The notes under the pieces were generated by a model. It saw nothing but the letters and a program-made list of their open reading frames with translations. It was not told the DNA's origin and did not search any database. A DNA stretch of 64,000 nt. Source: Bacteroidota bacterium (lineage in GTDB: Bacteria > Bacteroidota > Bacteroidia > B-17B0 > Aurantibacillaceae). How positions within the stretch are numbered: the first letter of the stretch is position 1; the number at the start of each line of letters is the position of its first letter. This document shows, piece after piece, positions 57,782 to 64,000 of the stretch. Position numbers and translations under genes: made by a program. The DNA lies in NCBI GenBank assembly GCA_040387475.1, contig JAZKDT010000059.1, positions 10,239-74,238 on the forward strand, written 5' to 3'.

Positions 57782-59356
57782 ATGAAATTTACATTTTTAA
57801 TTAGTTTATTGCTATTATCTTTCTTAGTTAATTCTCAGTCCAACTTTTCCATTAAAATCAGCGCTGACGAAATTGAACAGCCTTTTGCATGGCATTATGT
57901 AATGTCGCTCGATGATGGCTCTTCTGTACTACTAACAACAGATAAGTTAAGGAGTAAATTCTACATGAAGCGTTTTGATCAGGAAGCCAGAATGGTGCTG
58001 GATACATTGTTTTGGGAGTCATTGGATACTGAAAAAAATCATGTCCAAATTTCTGGTGTACATGAAATCAATGGCCGTTTGATCTTCTTTTTATCAAAAC
58101 TCATAAAAGCTACTGTAACGTTTTACAGGTTGGAGATAGATCCAAAAAATGGTAAAAAAATAAGAGAAGAAGAGCTGTTTAATTATTCTATTACAGACCA
58201 GGAGTTCCCCGGCAATTCAGATTATACATTTGATTTCACCAAAAATGACGTAACAAAGAGATATTATTTTTTAGTCCTTGTAAAGGCCAAGAAAGATAAT
58301 ATTGAACTACTGTTAAATAGCTATAATTATGATCATCAAAAAGTTTCATCAACAGCTAAACAGGTGCCAATTAAAAGCTCATCCATCGATTTACTGTCAA
58401 GCTTACAAATTGGAAATGACTATTACTTCGCCATCAACTACAATAATGTAGTTGACAAAACTGAAAAAATATATAAAAAAGACATTATTATTTATAAAGG
58501 CTCCGCCAATAAATTAGAAGAAGTGCCTTTTTTGGCTGAAAATTTCAGCAATATAATCGGCGGGCAATTTTCAAACGGCCAAAACGGCGTGAAACTGGCA
58601 ATTTCCAATAGCTATATTACTACAGAAACTTTTTTTGGCGATCGTAAAACCGACACCTATCTGTTAACTTTAAATGACGAAATTTTCGGTATCACTGAAA
58701 AACAAAATATTTTGCATGATAAATTAATTAGCCAATACAAAAACATTTCAAAAATTAAAGAAAAAGGCAGGATACATATTTTAAACTCCCCAGCTGCCTA
58801 CTTTGTAAATTATGCTAACCAGGATGAAATGATCTTTCACTCCTATTCCGGGGGAGCAAATGGAAATACGCAATGGACTTATATAGATGACCTTGGCATT
58901 TTTGATTTTGACAGTAAAGGCAATTTAATTAAAACAGATATTCACCCGCTTAAGTACGAGTTAACAGAACATTGCACCAATACTTTTCAATATAATTTAT
59001 GGCATAAAGGCAATACATTTCAATATAACGCCGGGCATCCAAGTGCCCTTTTATTCAAACACATTGAATTTATAAATTATAACGGTAAAACCTTTGTTTT
59101 TTATAATGACGCGCCTGAAAATATTGGGGTGACTGATATTAAAGATGCAACAGAGTTAAAAAAAATAAATCAGAGTATTGGCATGTGTTTAGTTTCAAAT
59201 AAGGATGGGAATACAAAAAAAACCGTTGGTATCGTTAAAGAACAATTATACTTTGATTTTGCATCAGCTGGATTTAATGAAAAAACAGGGATTTACTCTG
59301 TCATAACGTATGCCAAAAAAAACAAAGTATTTATTTCACATATTACCCTTCAGTAA
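57782..59356 (+). CDS. Hypothetical secreted protein with no recognisable family
   Basis: Signal peptide MKFTFLISLLLLSFLVNSQ, ~524 aa, and no T9SS CTD recognisable. Confidence 0.5.
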   Translation: MKFTFLISLLLLSFLVNSQSNFSIKISADEIEQPFAWHYVMSLDDGSSVLLTTDKLRSKFYMKRFDQEARMVLDTLFWESLDTEKNHVQISGVHEINGRLIFFLSKLIKATVTFYRLEIDPKNGKKIREEELFNYSITDQEFPGNSDYTFDFTKNDVTKRYYFLVLVKAKKDNIELLLNSYNYDHQKVSSTAKQVPIKSSSIDLLSSLQIGNDYYFAINYNNVVDKTEKIYKKDIIIYKGSANKLEEVPFLAENFSNIIGGQFSNGQNGVKLAISNSYITTETFFGDRKTDTYLLTLNDEIFGITEKQNILHDKLISQYKNISKIKEKGRIHILNSPAAYFVNYANQDEMIFHSYSGGANGNTQWTYIDDLGIFDFDSKGNLIKTDIHPLKYELTEHCTNTFQYNLWHKGNTFQYNAGHPSALLFKHIEFINYNGKTFVFYNDAPENIGVTDIKDATELKKINQSIGMCLVSNKDGNTKKTVGIVKEQLYFDFASAGFNEKTGIYSVITYAKKNKVFISHITLQ

Positions 59357-59362
59357 ATTTTA

Positions 59363-59391
59363 GAATCCCTGCTCATTGATCGGGATTTTTT
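59363..59391 (+). terminator. Rho-independent terminator
   Basis: GAATCCC-tgctcattgatc-GGGATTTTTT. Confidence 0.6.
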
Positions 59392-59585
59392 GAATGTTTT
59401 TAATTCAACATCTTCTTTGACATAAATTCTCTTTTAAAGAGAAGTCAAAATAATAAGTCTGCCTGTTTTCTTTTTTGAAATTGTTCCAAAAAATCATTTT
59501 TTTTCTTGCACCCCCCCTTTTTTTGATATATTTTTGTCAAAAAATTGATAATTTATCATTTACCCCCCTATAAAAATATCAAATT

Positions 59586-61775
59586 ATGAGTACAAGACGT
59601 ATTTTAGCCATGCAGGATGTTGGAAAACGCACACCGGTAGAGTTTAATAACAACAACAAACAAGTATCAACTTATTATGGGTCCAATGTATTTGGACTGG
59701 ACGCTATGCGCGAATTCTTATCCGAAGAAGCTTTTAACAGCATTCAGAATTCCATGAACCAGGGAACGATTGTAGAGCGTAAAATGGCCGATCAGGTTGC
59801 CGCCTGCATGAAAGCCTGGGCGCAAAGTAAAGGTGTAACACACTTTACGCACTGGTTTCAACCATTATCAGGTGCGACTGCCGAAAAACATGATGGCTTT
59901 TTTGAGCCTATCGAAGGTGGAAGAGCCATTGAGCGTTTCAGCGGAAATGCTTTAGTACAGCAAGAGCCGGACGCTTCTTCTTTTCCTAACGGAGGCATTC
60001 GTAATACATTTGAAGCGCGCGGTTACACGGCATGGGATCCCACATCTCCGGCATTCATCTGGGGCGAAACATTATGTATTCCTACAATTTTTATTTCTTA
60101 TACAGGCGAATCATTGGATTTTAAAACGCCTTTATTAAAATCATTACATGCTATAGACAAAGCTGCTACAGATGTTTGCCAGTATTTTGATAAAAACGTC
60201 ACTAAAGTTATTGCTACCTTAGGCTGGGAGCAGGAGTATTTTTTGGTAGATTCTGCATTATATAATATCCGTTACGATTTACAACAAACAGGTCGTACGT
60301 TATTTGGTCATGCGCCTGCAAAAGGCCAGCAATTAGAAGATCATTACTGGGGTTCAATTCCTGAAAGGGTTTCAGCCTATATGCGTGATTTTGAATATGA
60401 ATCTCATTTATTAGGAATTCCTGTTCGTACCCGTCATAATGAAGTTGCTCCTGCACAGTTTGAATGTGCTCCTGTTTTTGAGGAAACAAATTTAGCAGTG
60501 GATCACAACTTGTTATTAATGGACGTAATGGAAAAAGTGGCTATCCGTCATAACTTCCGTGTATTAATGCACGAAAAACCATACGCAGGTGTTAACGGAA
60601 GCGGTAAACACAACAACTGGAGCTTAGCTACCAACACAGGAAAGAACTTATTATCGCCCGGCAAAACCCCTAAAACCAACTTACAATTTTTAACTTTTTT
60701 CATCAATACAGTAAAAGCAGTTTATGAACACGGCGATCTATTGCGCGCTTCTATTGCATCAGCCAACAACGATCATCGTTTAGGCGCTAACGAAGCGCCG
60801 CCGGCAATCATGTCAGTATTTTTAGGTGAACAATTATCTAAAGTATTGGATGAATTGGAAAAAGCCGTTCACAATGGTAAAATGAGCCCGGAAGAGAAAA
60901 CCGCACTCAAATTAAACATCGGTAAAATTCCTGATATTTTATTGGATAATACTGACAGAAACAGGACTTCACCATTTGCCTTCACAGGAAATAAATTTGA
61001 GTTCAGAGCCGTAGGATCAAGTGCCAATTGCGGCGGACCAATGACCGTTTTAAATGCGATCATGGCCGAGCAACTGGTTACATTTAAAAAAGATGTGGAT
61101 GCATTGATCAATAAAAAAGTAGAGAAAGATGAAGCTATTTTTCAAACATTAAAAAAATACATCATCGAAAGTAAAAAAATTCGTTTCGAAGGAAACGGGT
61201 ATGGCGATGAATGGAAATCTGAAGCTAAAAAGCGCGGTTTAAATAATATTCCAACTACACCTGGCGCGTTAGAAGCAATGATCTCTAAAAAAACGTTAGC
61301 CATGTTTGAATCTCAAGGCATCTTAAATCATCGTGAGCAGGAAGCACGTTACGAAATTGCTTTGGAAACTTATACCAAAAAAATTCAGATCGAATCCCGG
61401 ATCATTGCTGATATGGTAAGTAACCAGATTATTCCGGCCGCACTGAATTACCAGAAAACATTGGTCGAATCAGTAAGAGGTATGAAAGATATCATGACTC
61501 CGGCAGAGTTTAAAGTGGTTGCTAAAAGCCAGTTAGAACTTATTAAAGAAATCTCTGAGAAAGTAACCATTATTAAAACAGAAGCTGATTTAATGACGGA
61601 AGAACGTAAGAAAGCTAACAACCTTGATAACGCAAAAAAACAAGCACACGCCTATTGCGAAAAAGTAAAACCATACTTCGAATCAATGCGTTACAACGTA
61701 GATAAACTGGAAGGTATAGTAGATGACGCTACCTGGCCGCTACCAAAATACCGTGAAATGCTTTATTTAAGATAG
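59586..61775 (+). CDS. glnN: Glutamine synthetase type III
   Basis: The 729-aa length and N-terminal YYGSNVFGLDAMREFLS match Bacteroides-type GSIII. The catalytic region includes HNEVAPAQFE and KPYAGVNGSGKHNNWS. Confidence 0.9.
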   Translation: MSTRRILAMQDVGKRTPVEFNNNNKQVSTYYGSNVFGLDAMREFLSEEAFNSIQNSMNQGTIVERKMADQVAACMKAWAQSKGVTHFTHWFQPLSGATAEKHDGFFEPIEGGRAIERFSGNALVQQEPDASSFPNGGIRNTFEARGYTAWDPTSPAFIWGETLCIPTIFISYTGESLDFKTPLLKSLHAIDKAATDVCQYFDKNVTKVIATLGWEQEYFLVDSALYNIRYDLQQTGRTLFGHAPAKGQQLEDHYWGSIPERVSAYMRDFEYESHLLGIPVRTRHNEVAPAQFECAPVFEETNLAVDHNLLLMDVMEKVAIRHNFRVLMHEKPYAGVNGSGKHNNWSLATNTGKNLLSPGKTPKTNLQFLTFFINTVKAVYEHGDLLRASIASANNDHRLGANEAPPAIMSVFLGEQLSKVLDELEKAVHNGKMSPEEKTALKLNIGKIPDILLDNTDRNRTSPFAFTGNKFEFRAVGSSANCGGPMTVLNAIMAEQLVTFKKDVDALINKKVEKDEAIFQTLKKYIIESKKIRFEGNGYGDEWKSEAKKRGLNNIPTTPGALEAMISKKTLAMFESQGILNHREQEARYEIALETYTKKIQIESRIIADMVSNQIIPAALNYQKTLVESVRGMKDIMTPAEFKVVAKSQLELIKEISEKVTIIKTEADLMTEERKKANNLDNAKKQAHAYCEKVKPYFESMRYNVDKLEGIVDDATWPLPKYREMLYLR

Positions 61776-61833
61776 TAGAATTAGTATTTCTGTTATCTGT
61801 CAGTTCGAGCGAAGTGACAAAACATTTAAATCC

Positions 61834-62217
61834 TCAGCTTTTTAGCCGGGGATTTTTTGTGTACAGCCACGCCCACCAGATCAATATGAACTGTATAGGA
61901 ATTCTGATGATTGCGACCAAAAACATCACATCGTCATTATCCCAACAATCAATCAGCATTTGTATGTGAATGATAAAAAATACAATCAGCATAGCAATAA
62001 TCAACAAGGCTGCCGCTTTACGTGTGGCTTTGGGTATTAATAAAATTGCAAAAATAATTTCGCATAAGCCACTTAAATAAATGCAAAAATCATGGCAAGG
62101 AATGTAAAAGGGCATTATCTTTCTATAAAATTCCGGCTTTACAAAGTGATTAATTCCGGCTAGGATATATAGCAGAATCATAAGATAAAAGAAAAATGGA
62201 AAAGCCTTGTTTTTCAT
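61834..62217 (-). CDS. DoxX-like small integral membrane protein
   Basis: ~127 aa with four hydrophobic helices and ILAGINHFVKPEFY near the N-terminus. I prefer the ATG at 62215-62217. Confidence 0.45.
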   Translation of the reverse strand: MKNKAFPFFFYLMILLYILAGINHFVKPEFYRKIMPFYIPCHDFCIYLSGLCEIIFAILLIPKATRKAAALLIIAMLIVFFIIHIQMLIDCWDNDDVMFLVAIIRIPIQFILIWWAWLYTKNPRLKS

Positions 62218-62452
62218 AAATTTCAAAGATATACGCTTACAGGGTTATTTTAGATTTTAAGTTTACCATTTAGCCTGATAATTGTGAAAATACAAGCCTA
62301 AATCCATTAAACCAGCCGTAAACAGGGACTAAAAACGTTGCAATCTTTGCAAATAATAGGATTCTTTAGACGAATGGCGCTAAAATAATGCTTAAAATTT
62401 TTGCAGTTTTAAAAAATTATATATCTTAGCAACTTATAAAGTTTAATTACCT

Positions 62453-64000
62453 ATGAAAAACTTAAAAAAACTAGCACTAACCACTACCGCTATCATTGCG
62501 TTTGTATTTTCTGTAAGCGCTCAGAAAAATTATTTAAAAGATGCTGATGTTGCATACGAGCATCACCAATACTTTAATGCGATTGAGCTTTATAAACAAG
62601 CTTATACCAAAGTAAAAAAAGCCGATTCGAAAGCAAGAATTTTGTACAGAACAGCTGATTCATACAAGCAAATTAATGATTTAAAAGGTGCTGAAACCTA
62701 TTATAACAAAGCAATTAAGGCAAAATATCCTGATCCAATTGCTATTTTGCAATTAGCAGATGTTTTAAAAGCACAACAACGCTATCCTGAAGCGATTGTA
62801 GAATATAATAACTACAAGAAAGAAATGCCTTCTGATCCTCGTGGAGAAAACGGTGTTAAATCATGTGAACTGGCTCAACAATGGAAAGATGCTAAAAATA
62901 CTCCTGAAACTCGCTTAAAAGTTGAGAATATGGCGTTGATTAACTCTAAAGAAGCCGATTTTGGTCCTGCTTATGCAGATAAAAAATTCACAACTTTATA
63001 CTTTACCTCTACCCGCCAGGGTGCTCAGGGTTCAGTAGATGTTACTACAGGTCAAAATCACTCTGATATTTATGAAACAAAATTGGATAAAAACGGCAAA
63101 TGGAGCACACCAGTTACTATTGCTACAACTTTAGTTTCTAAAATGAATGAAGGTGGTGCTTATGTTACTAAAAAAGGTGATTTAATGTTCATGACCCGTT
63201 GCGGTGAAGCAAAAGGAAAAGAATTAAAATGTCAGATTTATGTATGCAAAAAACAAGGTCCATCATGGGGAGATCCTGAATTATTGCCTTTTAACGTAGA
63301 TTCAGTGCATTTACGTCACGCTGCAGTATCTGCAGATGGTAATACTTTATATTTTGACGCAAAATTACCGGGTGGTTACGGTGGAACTGACATCTGGATG
63401 AGTTCTTATAACAAAAAAGATAAAACATGGGGGCCAGCTGTAAACGCAGGGCCAAGTGTTAATACACAAGGCAGCGAAGGTTACCCGTATATTGCTGATG
63501 ATGATAAAACATTATATTTCTCCTCAAACTACCATTTAGGTATGGGTGGATTAGATTTATTTAAAGCTGAAAAAGATGCCAGCGGTAAATTCACAAAAGC
63601 GCCTGAAAATTTAAAATCCCCAATGAACTCGGCAGGTGATGATTTCGGTATTGTTTTCGAAGGTAAAAAAATTAAAGGTTACTTCTCTTCTAACCGTGAA
63701 GGCGGGAAAGGAAGTGATGACCTTTATTCATTTGTATTACCACCATTAAACTTTAATTTAAGTGGTACTGTTGTAAGTACAGAAAACAATGAGCCTGTAA
63801 CAAACGCATTGATTCACCTAAAAGGATCGAATGGTGACATGTTCGAATTTAAAACAGCTGCTGATGGTAAATATAACTTCAAATTAAAAGAAAACACTTC
63901 CTATGAAGTAACTGTTGGAACTGAAAAAAATACAACTTCAGCATCTTTTAAATTAGGTTTCTTAGCTACTAAGGACATGGGGAAATTAACTACAGTTGAC
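62453..64000 (+). CDS. TPR + TolB-like (PD40) beta-propeller + carboxypeptidase-regulatory-like protein; N-terminal 516 aa of a probable OmpA-family protein (runs off the window)
   Basis: Manual translation gives the signal peptide MKNLKKLALTTTAIIAFVFSVSAQ and TPR-like YFNAIELYKQAY / AETYYNKAIKA. PD40-like repeats follow (GPAYADKKFTTLYFTS, SADGNTLYF, ADDDKTLYFSSN), then GTVVSTENNEPVTNALIHLKGS. Confidence 0.6.
   Translation, partial: MKNLKKLALTTTAIIAFVFSVSAQKNYLKDADVAYEHHQYFNAIELYKQAYTKVKKADSKARILYRTADSYKQINDLKGAETYYNKAIKAKYPDPIAILQLADVLKAQQRYPEAIVEYNNYKKEMPSDPRGENGVKSCELAQQWKDAKNTPETRLKVENMALINSKEADFGPAYADKKFTTLYFTSTRQGAQGSVDVTTGQNHSDIYETKLDKNGKWSTPVTIATTLVSKMNEGGAYVTKKGDLMFMTRCGEAKGKELKCQIYVCKKQGPSWGDPELLPFNVDSVHLRHAAVSADGNTLYFDAKLPGGYGGTDIWMSSYNKKDKTWGPAVNAGPSVNTQGSEGYPYIADDDKTLYFSSNYHLGMGGLDLFKAEKDASGKFTKAPENLKSPMNSAGDDFGIVFEGKKIKGYFSSNREGGKGSDDLYSFVLPPLNFNLSGTVVSTENNEPVTNALIHLKGSNGDMFEFKTAADGKYNFKLKENTSYEVTVGTEKNTTSASFKLGFLATKDMGKLTTVD

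Noticed and set aside
1-64000. Mobile element, prophage, defense island or CRISPR-Cas content
   Set aside because: No ORF shows integrase, transposase, phage structural, restriction, Cas or toxin-antitoxin signatures. The only mobile-like sequences are the small non-autonomous palindromic elements.

Overview
This is a 64-kb AT-rich chromosomal segment that looks like Bacteroidota. The evidence is gldH, type III glutamine synthetase, TAnnTTTG-type promoter boxes, and at least seven proteins with type A or type B T9SS C-terminal sorting domains or SprB repeats. Housekeeping genes are interleaved with large secreted proteins. The housekeeping set is Nudix, kdsC, a System I ccmBCDEF cytochrome c maturation operon, gpx, an SDR, PSP1/RicT plus gldH, obg-adk-hpt, a MATE pump, GT2, SRP RNA, carB and glnN. 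The secreted set is a SprB-repeat protein, a NIDO-domain protein, a BNR propeller, two P-domain/CotH proteins, a MopE-like metal-binding repeat protein and a choice-of-anchor-L protein. The most unusual locus is a tightly packed nine-gene minus-strand operon at 40816-50912. It encodes four B12-domain radical SAM enzymes, one SPASM-type radical SAM enzyme, three class I SAM methyltransferases and a nucleotidyltransferase-fold protein. It has no visible precursor peptide and no recognisable pathway context, and it is flanked divergently by two GT4 glycosyltransferases and a dihydroorotase-like amidohydrolase lacking the HxH metal motif. Other notable items are: an adenylate kinase fused to a ~180-aa histone-H1-like Lys/Ala tail; a CcmE with the CxxxY (Cys) heme-binding variant; a tandem CotH paralog broken by one in-frame TAA; a ~110-nt MITE/REP-like palindromic element family, one mini-copy of which sits in frame inside a radical SAM gene; and several strong hairpins. 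I saw no rRNA, tRNA, CRISPR array, transposase or integrase. All family calls come from reading the translated ORFs and motifs by eye. No alignments or database searches were run.
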